This document shows positions 36,856 to 49,869 of a stretch of 64,000 nucleotides of DNA, piece after piece. How positions within the stretch are numbered: the stretch's first letter is position 1; each line of letters opens with the position of its first letter. The position numbers and the translations under genes are program-made. The notes under the pieces are model-generated. The model did no database searches and had not been told where the DNA came from. It saw only the letters and a program-made list of their open reading frames with translations. Source of the stretch: Eledone cirrhosa (taxonomy: Eukaryota); assembly GCA_964016885.1 (NCBI GenBank), contig OZ024744.1, positions 44,640,001 to 44,704,000 of the forward strand, read 5' to 3'.

Positions 36856-38830
36856 CACCGTGTAACAAAAAAAAAAAATGTTTTTCTCTGTTCCTGGCTT
36901 GTAATCACTTTTTTGTGTTGCTTAAGTCCCAAATAAATAAAAAAGTGCTATTAAACAGTTAAAAGTTTGGGTTTGTAAAAACTCTAAGCTATTCACTAGA
37001 ATTATTTGTATGCTGGATTTTACGTTGTATGTAAGTTTAATTGTCTTATGTTAAATGATTCTTTGTATATATGTTTCAGTTTAATTTAAAATAATAAAAT
37101 AAAGAATAATACCTAAAGAAAATTATAAAAGTGCATTAAAGTATAAAATTGTTAAAAAGTGGACTAAAGAGATTTATTGATACTGGATTTTCGCACCCTG
37201 AATAAGGGGTAAGTTGTGTTTTAAGCACGAATTTTCATTAATATGATTAGTGTTCTTTTGTATTATTTAATTATGTATTTCTCTTTCCAATATTTATTTT
37301 GTATTGCATATCAAATTTATTTTCCTAGACAAGTATTCTGATGAAGAGGAGGAGATGGATGCTGAGGACTTGGATTACCTGCCTGAGGTACCAGAAAAAG
37401 TTCTTCACTTCCCAAACCAAAAAGAAGTCAATGACTTGGTCAGGGATATGGGTTTGACCAAGTCCAATGCAGGATGAAGCAGTGGAACTTGTTCAAGGAG
37501 GAAGTGCAGGTGACAAGTCAGAGAAGTTGACACGAACCTTTGTCAGGCTTTTACACTCTTAGGGATTGCCTCTGCTTCTGTCGTGACGTGCCTGGAGTGT
37601 TTGACGTTATTGGGGTGCTGTTTGTGCGCAAGGAGTGGCGACTATTTATAGACAGCTCCACCACAAGTTTGAAGGCTGTCCTCCTCCACAATGGAATTAA
37701 GTTGCCGACACTGCCCCTAGCTCATTCAGTCTGCCTGAAGGAAGATTACTACAGTGTGAAAGTCCTCTTGGAAGCTCTGCAATACAACCAGTACAATTGG
37801 GAAATCATTGGAGACTTCAAGATGGTGGCTTTCCTGCTTGGACTCCAAGGAAGCTTTATCAAATTCCAATGCTTGCTCTGCCTTTGGGACAGCAGAGCCA
37901 CTTCTGACCACTACAAAAGAAAGAACTGGGAGCAGCGAACAGAATTTGTAGTTGGGACCCGGAACGTCATGTGGGAGCCACTCGTTGATCCCAAGATTGT
38001 GCTCATGCCGCCACTGCACATTAAGTTGGGGTTGATGAAGCAGTTTGTGAAGGCTCTCAACCAAGAATAAACCACATTTAAGTACCTTCTTGAGTTCTTC
38101 CCCAAGTTATCTGTGGCCAAAATCAATGGTGGAATTTTTGTTGGACCTCAGATAAAGAAGGTGTTTGAGTCTACCGATTTCTCCAATAAGCTCAATAGGA
38201 TTGAGAGAACAGCATGGAACTGTTTCAAGGCAGTTGTTAAGGGCTTCCTGGGCAACTACAGAGCTGAAAACTACCAGCAACTGGTGCAGGATCTGATAAA
38301 GGCTTTTGGCGCCATGGGATGCAGGATGACTCTTAAACTCCATATGCTCACCTGGAAAAATTCAAGGACAATATGGGCGCCTACTCAGAAGAACAAGGCG
38401 AACGACTCCACCAAGATGTGAATGAGATAGAGCGGAGGTATCAGGGCCACTACAATGAAAAAATGATGGGGGACTATATCTGGGGCTAGTGTGGGAATGC
38501 GACCTGGGCTACAACCGCAAATCCAGGAAATCCTGTCATTTCTGACGTGTATAAGTTGCTTTATAAGTGTTATTTGTTTTTACTTGTTTGCTTTTGATAA
38601 GCTTGTGTAATAAAATAAATATATACTCTGTTGATTTAATTATATGAACTGATAAATTTTTTTTTAAATGTGTTTTTTCTTGAAAAATATGAACATTTTG
38701 AAATATCAAACTCCTGACCACAAACCCAAACTTCTGATTAAATAATAGTGTTTTTTTTAAATAATAATGGGATATAACAAACCAGTAAATGACACTTAGA
38801 ACCGGGGAACAAAAAATATGTTACACGATG
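36856..38830 (+). mobile_element. Chapaev3-like (CMC) DNA transposon with disrupted transposase
   Basis: TIR CACCGTGTAACA / TGTTACACGATG with 3-bp TAA TSD. Transposase ~37330-38540: NDLVRDMGL, WRLFIDSS..SLKAVLLHNG, GDFKMV, CLLCLWDSR, PPLHIKLGLMKQFVKAL, GIFVGPQI. Confidence 0.8.
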
Positions 38831-38912
38831 TAATTGGTAGAATCATTAGTGTTGTATGAAATAGGTATATGTATACACACACACACGCACACACACGCAC
38901 ACACACGCACAC

Positions 38913-38999
<87 letters not shown>

Positions 39000-39139
39000 G
39001 TATATATATATATACAGTATATATATATATATATAAATGTAATCTGAGTTTTTCGATTATTGATAATAATATTCGATTCGTTTGTAATTATGCAAACAGC
39101 CTTTTAGAAAATATATATTTTCCCTAACGCTGACAGTTG

Positions 39140-39258
<119 letters not shown>

Positions 39259-39366
39259 TTCCTCTCTCTCTCTGTAGAAATATACGAATGTATGAAAAAG
39301 GAAATAGGAAAACTGCTCAATCTAGAAAAGAGCTGAAATATTATATCATTTATTTATGTTAAACAA

Positions 39367-39455
39367 AAGCGCAACCTAATGTTTCAAGGCCCAATATTAA
39401 CCACACCTCCAAAATATAAGAGAGATCAAAATTGTGACCTAATCTTCAGACACTT
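39367..39455 (-). ncRNA. Type I hammerhead motif 3' of a decayed Naiad PLE
   Basis: Reverse complement: AAGTGT CTGAAGA TTAGGTC...GGCCTT GAAA C-ATTAG-GTT GCGCTT. Confidence 0.65.
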
Positions 39456-39759
39456 ATATCAGTTTATAAGATAACCTTATAAGTAATGGGGACTGATACG
39501 CTAGTTTACGAAACTCCCTAATATAACAAATTGAAATATCTCCAAGTTGTAAATTTGAAATAGCGAAATCTTACCGGTGTTGTTATTCGCGGTCTATAGC
39601 AGAAATATGATATTATGTCGTGGTATATATTATTGAGATGGTAATTTTTACTAAGGTATGAGATAGAGAAGTATAGAATAGTATTATGTACCCTTGAAAA
39701 TTTGAAAAAAAGAAAGATAAACAGAAGATAATATGAAAATATGTAAATCAAATTAAGAT

Positions 39760-41300
39760 GGTTGAAAATGAGTAGAATTTTTTTTAGTATTTCCTCTTAG
39801 CAAGCAGTTGGCTTTTAAGAGAGGCGCATCCTCTACAGATTTCGCTTTTCAGTTCAAATAGTTATTATTCGGAGATGAAAACCATGTAATATTCTAAATT
39901 TCTCATTAAGACAGAGACGTCATTTCATGGTACAATTGGTTTAAGGAAGTATCTTTCAAGTATCTTCTAAGTAATCTTATGTGGGACATCTAACTATTTT
40001 AATTGCCTGACTTTTTTGCCAGGGCTGTACTGGTTCTCATATCAGGATTTCTGAAGAAGAGGGGATGCGAGTAAAAACGTCGTTTGAAACGATCTTGCAC
40101 CATACCGTCGTATTTTTCGCTAACTTCAGAATTTTCCGTCGTGCCGTGTGTAATCTCTGCCTCATACACAATGGATTTGATTGGGATACCTTGATGAAAT
40201 TACAATTGAATATTTTACTGTATTTATGTTGTTTTGGAAAATGTCTATCTATAAAATCTAAAAACTACTTACCTACACTAGTCGTGACTTTAAAGGAAAG
40301 TGGGGGGTATTAACAAGATAACTTTTAATTTTCTGTTAGCATTGTTAGTATGGTTGTGCTGGAAATGATGGGGTGTGTACTTAATTTTGTTCTAAACACC
40401 ACAATCTATGAGGGCCCGATTGTAGTACGGCGCAGCCTTATCGAAAATAACCCGAGTTTCTGATAGATATGAGATACTAGGACTACTATTTGAAACTAGG
40501 TTTTTAAAAACACCAGGGAAGGCATGAAGCTTTATTGATATAATTCAATTTTACATTAATTTTATGGTATGGTTTATACGAAGCTGTGGTTAGGTCTAAG
40601 TTTACACCAAAGAAGTTTGCCTCAGTAAGATTCGTATCTACCGTAATTTTAAATCCTAGTGCACGCGAAGTGACAAATTTATAATGAATCTGCCCATAGC
40701 TTGTCTGTTACAATCATAAGAAAACGAAATTTTATCGTTACTTTATAGACTAATGGAGTGGATGGGGAATATAGATTTTGAGAATGAATAGCACTGTCAT
40801 AGGACCCCAAGAAGACGTCAAAAGTATCATCAGTGTTAGAATGTGTTACCCAACAATGTGTTACCATTACTAAATAGAAGGGTTCAACGGTCATGGAATA
40901 TAAGTTCGTATTCCATGTCGCTGGTGTATACAAAAGAACGAGCAAAATCTAAAGTGTTATTAAGAAGGGTCCTAGAAATAGAGGGATAAAAATCTATAAT
41001 ATTAAACTATATGAGTTTGGTGCTGTTCTTAAAGGGGATTTCGGTGAATCATGAGATGAGATATATTGTTTTATTCTGCAGTGAGAGATTGGTGATTTTG
41101 ATAATATAACTATTGATGTTTCTTAAAACGTTTTTACTAGCTAGTCCTAACTTTGACTTTGCAGGGTTTATTAATCTATAGCTATATAGATATTAGGTCG
41201 GGCCACACGGCTGAGTTCCTGCCGGTTCAACTTCTAATTCCAGGCATGTGATAAAACTACCTGCTGTGAAATAGCCATCTCGTCACAGGCGTGCTTAAGG
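39760..41300 (-). pseudogene. Degenerate Naiad-type Penelope (RT + GIY-YIG), absent from the ORF track
   Basis: Minus-strand remnants FDV..GSYDSA, FKITVDTNLTEANF..VNLDL.TASYKPYHK, FDKAAPYYNRAL, KSIVYEAEIT, collinear with ORF 58521-59693. Confidence 0.8.
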
Positions 41301-41569
41301 TGATTGACGTTTCAGTAAATAGATCAGTGGCCATGAGCAGAGCTTAATGTGTTTCGTCCCACAAGAGATTCAAGATAATATGAAAATAATTTACCTTTTC
41401 CCTCATTTTGTGCGTTTTCACCAGATAAGTAATTAGCACTCCATTTCCTTCATTAAGTACAGAGAGATGAATATAACCACAAGGATATGGTCCGAATGTT
41501 GAAGAGCCGAACTCCCACTGTCATCGCCTCCATCTCTCTCGCATCCCCATCTCTCTGTATGGTGAACAA

Positions 41570-41926
41570 ATGGGGTCCCACGTGCTGGCCGCCCTACAGG
41601 CCCGACGAACAGGATGGAGAAGGCGTTTTTCAGGGAGGATGGTAAGGGAGATACGCTGGAAGAGCCATTCCAACTCGCGAGGCTCACATCTGCGGCTGGC
41701 CAGCTCAGCGCCTATGGTGGTGAGTAGGGAGGTAACCCTAGGGCCAAGGGCACGACACGAACCTCTCAGAGAGCGACCGGTACTTAGAGAGCTTGGCTTC
41801 CTCAGCCCGACGTGCAGCAGAACCTGGGTTAGTCGCAGACTGCACTAGGTTGCCGCTGGTGAAAGTGTCGGTGCAAGTAGCATCCCAGATGAGGGGTTTG
41901 CCACCGCGGAAGAGGAAGTTGGTCAT
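41570..41926 (-). pseudogene. CRE-clade RLE retrotransposon 3' fragment
   Basis: PLIWDATCTDTF...GSAARRAEEAKLSKYRSL and an LFQRIS....NAFSIL-like end. Confidence 0.7.
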
Positions 41927-42429
41927 ACCGAGAAAAGGATAATAAATTGTTTTTAAAAAAAAAATGTTTCAGTGTGTTGGGTATGCGTGTGTGCGTGCGT
42001 GTTCTTGCACCTTTGTGTCTGTATGTGTGTGCGTGTGTGTGTGAGTGTGTTATCGATGTAGGTATGGATGTGAAATATTACAGTATTGAAGTAGTGAGGA
42101 AAATCTAGCTGAGCTGAAGAATTTTCAAGGGAAAACAGAATGTATGGTTTGTGATGAGTCATCTCGATTTATTTAGGAGTGTGTGTGTGATAGTGTGTGT
42201 GTGTGTGGTGTGTGTGTGGGGGAGGTGTGTGTGTGTGTGTGTTATGGTCGACATCACGGCAGTTGGAGATGTCAAAGAATATAGTCCTCTCACTCACAGA
42301 TCCTACATCAGTACTGACGCTAGCTAAAAAATCACGTAGACTCCCAGATGTACAACCACACAGTTACACTCGTACATATTTTATATGCTTGTCAACAAAA
42401 GTACCTGTTTTTAGTACCTCAAATGATCA

Positions 42430-43430
42430 CTGACCTTCTTGTCGGTATTGTAATTGTTGTTCTTTCGAGTGTGTCTCTTTGTCATACTTGTTGCAGGTTC
42501 TAGTAGTGAATGTTGTTTTGCTAAAACTTATCTGTGCTTTGTTTTACGGGGATATGTGTACATTTTTCTGTCAGTTCCTGGTAATAAGGTTAAATTTCGG
42601 GTACCCAGCGAGATATTAAACAGAACTCGTCAAAGGCCGAAGTCACTCACAAGAATCAATGACCATCCAATATACCCTATATTGATCTTTGGTTGTCCTT
42701 CTCACAGCAGGTTATATCTTGAGTTGATGCAGTACCAGAGTCTTTAAAATGTTTGACAATAAACATGATGGTTCTTATTCAAGTGTTCCTATAGCATAAC
42801 CATGCACTGTTCCTATGCTACCAAAGATAGAAAAGTTGTGGCTGGTCATACACAAGCCTTCTCCATAGTATATGCATCATCAGTAGGTTATACAATACGT
42901 TTAGTAACCAGTTCCTCACAGCATCAAACAACAACAGACCCATAAAGAATAAATGGCAAGAGGACAGGTAAAATATGTTAGTGGAAGTCTCTAGTAGGTA
43001 CTCTACATCGTTTCGAACTTTGAGTGATGGCCGTTCTACTACAGCCTATGAGAACTTGTGTTGTCTGTGTCCTCAAATGTTGACAAAGTAAGTGGTTTTA
43101 GACATAGTACTGCTTCCACCCTATCTGAAGAGTGAGAAAGGCAGAGTTATACATTGCTTACTTACTTCACAAACTTGGCAGTCAGCTACATCTGTCTGGT
43201 TCTCTAGTATCTCTCCTAGGAATATACGAGACTTTAGTGACACGTCAGAGATAGCTATCTACCAGGAGACTAAGCTATACTACTGGACACTAAATAACCA
43301 CAATATATGATTAAGTTATATCTGTATATCCTGGAGAGGAGATGGGCTCCACCAGGTTTTAAATACTGTCCTAGTAAAGTCATATGTTAATACGGCACCC
43401 CTATGCCCCTCTCGGGAGTTAAAGGATCCT
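42430..43430 (+). pseudogene. Very degenerate LINE 3' part (RTE-like)
   Basis: A VLL..YE.W-like remnant (~43030) and an RTE-like 3' end CCCCTATGCCCCTCTCGGGAGTTAAAGGA. Confidence 0.35.
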
Positions 43431-43825
43431 ATCCTACATATATCTGTATATATAAAGTTTAAAGGTAACTGTCACTGAGTAAATGTACCAAATATATGGT
43501 TTTCTCTGTAAATTGAATAAATGATATATAACCTCACTCAGGATACTACTATAATTGGGTATATAACACCCTCTGATACGTATTTCCTTGTGGTTATTTA
43601 GATGGTGGTCTTGCTGTCTTATGAGAGTCTAACTAAATCTAGATTAAATATATTTAACATTTATTTAATTGACATGAAACACATATACTTAGTATGTTTA
43701 CATACCAAGATACTAAAAATATATAAATGTATATACCACATTTACTTAATCTCAGTTAATTCTATACTTTATATCTCATATAGTATTGTATCATAACTAA
43801 ACATTTATGTTTTTATTTTTAAGAT

Positions 43826-44162
43826 ATGGAAAAGTTATTTCAATGTACGTGCATGAATCAAAGAAAAATAATGTTTATATTCATATGTCTAATGCTGGCA
43901 ATAGCTAGAACCGAATATTTTACTCAGAAATTTATCAAGTTACCAGGTGGTAAAAATATAGTACTTGATAGTGGAGCTGAACATGTGCTTCCACCAGTAA
44001 GCACTCCTAGTCGGATAGTTTGTACACAATATTGTGCATCTCTAGTGGATTGCAGTTTTTTTACATTTCACGATAAACAGTGTGAAGTATTTCATGATTG
44101 GAAAGATAAAGTAACTGTAGAGGACAGCACCACACCATGGACATACTATAAAGAATATAAGG
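43826..44162 (+). CDS. Host gene coding exon: signal peptide + PAN/Apple-like domain
   Basis: Acceptor TTTTTAAG|AT at 43823/4. Hydrophobic MFIFICLMLAIA; 'SRIVCTQYCASLVDCSFFTFHDKQCEVF' (C-x3-C-x5-C...C). Donor G|GTAAGT, phase 1. Confidence 0.8.
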
Positions 44163-44191
44163 GTAAGTTACTTTACTATTGATATCTCATC

Positions 44192-44586
44192 ACGGTGGAT
44201 TGGCAGTATCGGTAGAGGGTCGCACGCCATGCTTTGACGCATAGTTACGGACTTGCCATTCTGATTTCAAATCCCGCCAAGGTTAACTTTGCCTTTCATC
44301 CTTACGGGGTCGATAAAATAAAGTACCAGTAATACACTGGGGTAATAGCTGGTCTTGTGCCAAAAGTAGAAACAATTATTATTATGAGGGTGGTGGATTG
44401 GTAGTATCGGTAGAGAGTCAAATACCATGCTTTGCAGCATAGAGTTACGGCTCTTTACGGTCTGAGTTCAAATCCCGCCGAGGGTAACTTTGCCTTTCAT
44501 CCTTACGAGGTCGATAAAATAAATTACCAGTAATGCACTGGAGTAATTGCTGGCTTTGTTCCAAAACTAGAAACAATTATTATTAT
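44192..44586 (+). mobile_element. Two tandem tRNA-SINE copies (intronic)
   Basis: 44192-44383 and 44389-44586, each with A/B boxes and (ATT)n tails. Confidence 0.88.
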
Positions 44587-44949
44587 TTGTTTCTCAATTT
44601 ACCACGTATAATTTGCTCCATAAGATTTGTTGATTTCCCTTGTTTGTTACAAACTGTAAATTGGGCACCATACATTGCCCCCAGAAAAGGCAACCCCATT
44701 TGGATCTTAGAGCCAAATTTTGAAATTATATTTGCAATTTACGCCAACAGTGAAAGCGAGAAACTGCAAGAAAAAGAAAACATGCGACATTTTGTCGACA
44801 ACAACTAGAAAACAAAAGAAAATAAACCATTGTCACCACCACCGCCACCACAATCACCAACTCAAATACAGAGACCAACACAAAACAACAACAACAGTGG
44901 CAGCAGTAACAAAAGCAACATCAATATAATTTACATAAAAGTTGACAAA

Positions 44950-45270
44950 ATTCATACATGCTGCGACACGTTGTCGAGCGGCAAACTGGCACGTTCGGCT
45001 ACCAGCCCATGCTTTGCTGCCCACCAGGCTGAAGAGAGCAAACTGTCCAGGTATCGGCCACTCTCAAATAGGTTTGTAGTTGAACCTGTAGCAGTGGGGG
45101 TCTTCCAGCGTTCTTGTACCCGGACCACACCCCTGATCACTGATAGGTGTGTGTGTGGGGGGGGGGGTGACAGCAGGTGCGAGCTGCGCGAGGTTGAGTG
45201 GCTGTTCCAGCGCGTCTCTTTCAGGGTCCCCAGGGGCAATATATTCTCCATATTGTCGCATGGAACCATG
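44950..45270 (+). pseudogene. CRE-clade RLE fragment
   Basis: TCCDTL...AAHQAEESKLSRYRPL..F..EPVAV...WLFQRVSF..PRGNIFSIL. Confidence 0.7.
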
Positions 45271-46629
45271 AGGTATAGGGTAAGATAGTTGGAGGTGGAG
45301 GATACTCATTCTGATGTCACATATATATACATTTAAAAATGAATGCAGATTTATCAAAGACGTATAGCGACCCGGCGTGTGACCCCTTCCAATAAAACAC
45401 AACACAGATGATCTCTCAAAATCAGTCGTTACCTTAGCAAGTGCAACAAAAAACAAAACGGAAACAATAACTGTCAACGAATATAAGATAAGGGAAGCTA
45501 AGCAGGTGTTAACGAGAAGTCGCATAATCAGGCTCACATCTCCATCCGATGAGCTGGAAAAGGTAAGATGTTGTACACTTACATACCGTTAATTTTGACT
45601 GAAGTAACCCTAGAGGGAACGCACAACTGAGTCACAGATCCAAAAGGTTTTCAATTGCATAAAACTCTTCGCTCGAGGCCGGAGATTTGGGACGGTAGAC
45701 GTATTTTTGAAAACTCAAGAGGAAGCCAGACAACACTCGCTGGTACCACTGAGGAGTGAAGAACTGTCTCTGTCACCGACGTAAATATCAGAAAGAACCA
45801 GGTACCGCATATAATAGCTATTCCATGGCTAGTGGCAGCTGTCCACATGGACGTTGAGGATAGCACACACATTATAGAAGTGAAAATAAATCAAACTGGT
45901 CAGGATCGGGGATGGATCTACTTATTCAAATGAATCGAGAAAATACTGAAGCCAAACTCGATATAATAGACAATGTGGACGGAACCCACCTCCGCCTGAC
46001 CGTTGTGGACAGAAGTCCAAAGTGCACACACGTGATTCAAAAACCCACTTCAAGACTTTCTGCCCATAACAGGCAACGAAGGAAACAAAGACACCACCCC
46101 CACCCAGCATTCTAAATCAATATTTCAAGAGAAAGTCATCAAAACAACCAGTGGCCACAATCAGCTCACCAACATCTACACCAACACCAACACTAAAAAT
46201 AACAACACGAGGAAGAACAGAACATGCTAAAAATCACAACTGTCCGAGCTGCTCTCAGAGTGACGAAACCGTCCAGCATGCAATCGTCCAGTATCCATGT
46301 ATTGCTGACATGTAGATTTACATCGAACACCTACTGTTACGGGACGTAACCGGCTATCAGATGAGTCCACTGTGAAGATTGACCCACCGCCTTCCTTTAT
46401 CCGAGAAAAATATGCAGCATCAACAGTACCAACAACAACAACTGTACCTATAACAATAATAACAACAGCTGAAACATCAACAACAAAAGCAGTTGAGATA
46501 ACAACAGCGCTATCAGCACCACAATTGACACAACAACAGATATCATAAGCACCAGCATCGTCATCCAGCCTCCGCAACAACAGTAAATACTAAGCCAACA
46601 AAAAGACACAACCTTCACAAATTATAGAG

Positions 46630-48280
46630 TCATAAACACAAGGCTACCTATTCAACGACCCCAGGTCACTGAATATAAGTGTGGTGACCATAAAAGACAC
46701 CAAATTTCCGCCGCTTGAGCCTTCGCACTCATTTATGGGTGCTGCAAGGTGTACACATCTCCAAGCCGTCCAGAATCTGGAGGATAAGTCACTTGTTGTT
46801 TCGGAAAGGCTTGGATCTCACGAAAAGGACAAACTTCCAGGACGCAGAAGGTAAGATGGTGGTACTAAATGTGACCAGCAGTGAACGGTATGCCTTTAAG
46901 CTTGTCTATACCCCGACAGGGGCCGAATATCTAGATTTCACCAGGCTCCGTGAGACGTTTCTCGGAACTTATTTCTCTTTAGTGTTAGTGCGCGATTGGA
47001 GCGGTATCTTAGACGCAGCTTTGGACTGTGATGATGTAGCAGAAAGGGGTGTAAAAGCCTCAGGCAGGTACCGAATGGATTTCTTGAATGTGCCAATAGA
47101 TTGGTGAATTAATTAAGCAGGCTTTCACAACAATTGGTGGTTTTCCCTAAAAAGGGCGATTAGTGTACAATCGATTAGATTTAGTAAAGGAGAAGTGATT
47201 GCGGAAACTAGACTAGAGGGTGAGCTAGTTAAAAAAACAAGAAGAAGCGTTAAGGAAATGTGACAAAACTCACGTGCTATTAACGAGATTACCTCCTGAA
47301 CAATCTTTCAATGCAATGGCATCAAGAAATCGCTAACGAGGACATGGGCTCTTAGACAGGAGAGGACGAAAGTCGTTCAATAGACTCGAGCAGCAGAGGC
47401 ACAAGGTAGCAAAAGAGCCAGAATGCGGTGTTTGGAACAACATGAGGGTCGCATCGTACTCAATCCCAAGTAGATTTGTGCGAATTTTCAGCAACACTGT
47501 TCGGGAGCCGTGGTGGGCTGGATCACAGAATGGACCTTGACAGCCTACCTGGCTTTCAGCCATGGAGGCGGAGTATTGGGAAAGCTAATAACAACCACTA
47601 AGATACGGGAGTCAACATAACTGTACGGGGGGTACGTCATTGTGTAAGCATAGTTTGCCCTAAGTGTTATACGCCTACATGCCAAGTCATGTCTGCTGAC
47701 CTCTGTCAGACGTCTACTGCAAATGGCACGATTGCCAGTTCTGTGGGTACATTTTCAAGGTTGTATCACGTTATTTGTGTCGAACATCAAACACATTGAG
47801 ATGATCAGCATCACTCTGATGGAGTGCGAAGTGGTATCAAAGAATTCCACGTTAGCGTGCTATAGGGGACTAGTGATGGGTAAGTGAGACGATATTCTCG
47901 TAGAAATTTTGGGCCTCAACGAACTCGAATTAATTAGAACTTTTGAGTCGGAGTCTATGGACAATTACTAGAAATCCCTGGTTTGGAACGCTACCAGGGA
48001 ACTCTACCGTTTCGAAACATATTCCATAGGCATGGAAGTGCTGCTAGACGGACTTGTCCACGATGCGCGCTGAGCAATGAAGCCGTTCTGTACACACTCG
48101 CCCAGTGTCCGTGCATTAATGTTTTCTGCAGTTTTGTCGAACAGATATGTTCTCATGTACAGGATCTGACTATCGGTCGATTCATCGTGAGGATCACCCC
48201 GCCGCCTTCTTCTGGCCTGGATAGACAGGAGGTTTCCCTGTGTAAGATGTCAATGGCAAAAAAGGTTTACTCAGTTTTTT
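46630..48280 (+). pseudogene. Old, heavily deleted Tx1-type LINE
   Basis: DAEGKMVVLNVT, ETFLGT..SLVLV.DWSGILDA and RTCPRC....EAVLY.LAQCP, homologous to the younger Tx1 copies. Confidence 0.75.
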
Positions 48281-48947
48281 CAAACACTTTTTGATTGGAC
48301 TATTAGTTTTATTGTTTATTGTATATTTTAATATACTGTTTGTTACTAAATCGACCAGAATCTCAAGGAATTGATCAGCTTTTTTCCTTTTCCTGCCATT
48401 CCAGATAGTAATGTATTTTTACTCTTTATGATGTATATACACTGTTTTAGTCAAAATGTAGAAAACAGCACTATGACTACATCACATGGAAAATTAAAAT
48501 ATTTGATACTACAAATTTTCAGAAGAATATGTCCTCTAGTAAAGATAGCATAAACATTTGAATTAACGGCTCTGTTGTGAGACATTTTGTACAAAATCAT
48601 TTCAATGTTCTGAAAGTTAAAAGGGAATAGTTGGGGTTTTCTGGCAGTGGTGTTAAACCAGCCAATTAATTAGGATTAGGAGTGGTTCCTCCGTGAACAT
48701 CCACACAGTTTCTGTCTTCACAATTTCCCTCACAATATTAGGGTTGATTTGATGTTTTCGTAGAAGGTACTTCCTGACATTATTGCAATGTGAGATCAAA
48801 CTAAAAACCATGTGAAAAAGGATCTAATAAGCACGTTGCAAGGTTTCTAATTAATCACTTTAATGTTTTTACTTTAACAATTGAAAAATATGAATATCAA
48901 TTATACTTAATAAATAAATACATTTTCCATGACAATTTTTTATACAG

Positions 48948-49123
48948 GTTGGTATAGAACATTTATGTTGAAATCATATACTTTTGTTATCTTCGGATTT
49001 GCCTACAAAGCATTGGTACCTCGATATCACTATATTGGAAACGCCAGCTGTGTGGTGGAGACATGTCCACATTTTTATCGAAGTTCTCTAATAGATTCTT
49101 GGAAGAAACTACCTATAGTAGAG
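48948..49123 (+). CDS. Host gene next exon (phase 1 to phase 0)
   Basis: TTTTTATACAG|GT acceptor joins the previous exon as G|GT (Gly). 176 nt open: GWYRTFMLK...CVVETCPHFYRSSLIDSWKKLPIVE. Donor GAG|GTAAGG. Confidence 0.7.
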
Positions 49124-49131
49124 GTAAGGTT

Positions 49132-49164
<33 letters not shown>

Positions 49165-49295
49165 CTTTTCCATAACTTTGACTAACAACACATCATTTAT
49201 CTCGTATATTTCCACTTTTCTTTCTTTTCTTACTCTCATCTCTCTCTCTATATATATATATAACAGCTAATAACACACACACATATATAAATATA

Positions 49296-49505
49296 TATTG
49301 TTTCTACTTTTGGCACAAGGCCAGCAATTACCCAGCAATTACCCAGTGTTTAACAGTGCATTACTGGTACTTTATTTTATCGACCCCGTAAGGATGAAAG
49401 GCAAAGTCAACCTCGGCGGGATTTGAACTCAGACCGTAAAGGGACGTAACTATGCTGGAAAGCATGGCATCCGATCCTCTACCGATACTGCCAATCCACC
49501 GCCAC
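49296..49505 (-). mobile_element. tRNA-derived SINE
   Basis: Reverse complement of the same SINE family. Confidence 0.88.
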
Positions 49506-49805
49506 TATTATATATATATAATAGTTAGTAACATGTGCTTACACCGTATTTGACTATATAAGTTCGTCTGTTAGTTGGGATTTAAAAAAAAACCCTCTGA
49601 ATGTGAAAAAGGATGAGCAGTGCCGTACATAGGACACGAACCCACACCCTTGGTCTACCTGACAAATGTTAACCAAGTGTTAACCATTCCACCCACAATT
49701 TAATCCACTCAATTAAAAACTATGATCATATATATATATATATATATAATGTGTATATATATATATACATATATATATAAACGGTGATGATGATGATGAT
49801 GATGA

Positions 49806-49865
<60 letters not shown>

Positions 49866-49869
<4 letters not shown>

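Noticed and set aside
41335-41380. Minus-strand GGGACGAAAC half-hammerhead
   Set aside because: No CUGANGA box; too decayed to call.
44192-44280. tRNA gene
   Set aside because: The A/B boxes belong to a multi-copy SINE head; no complete cloverleaf is evident.
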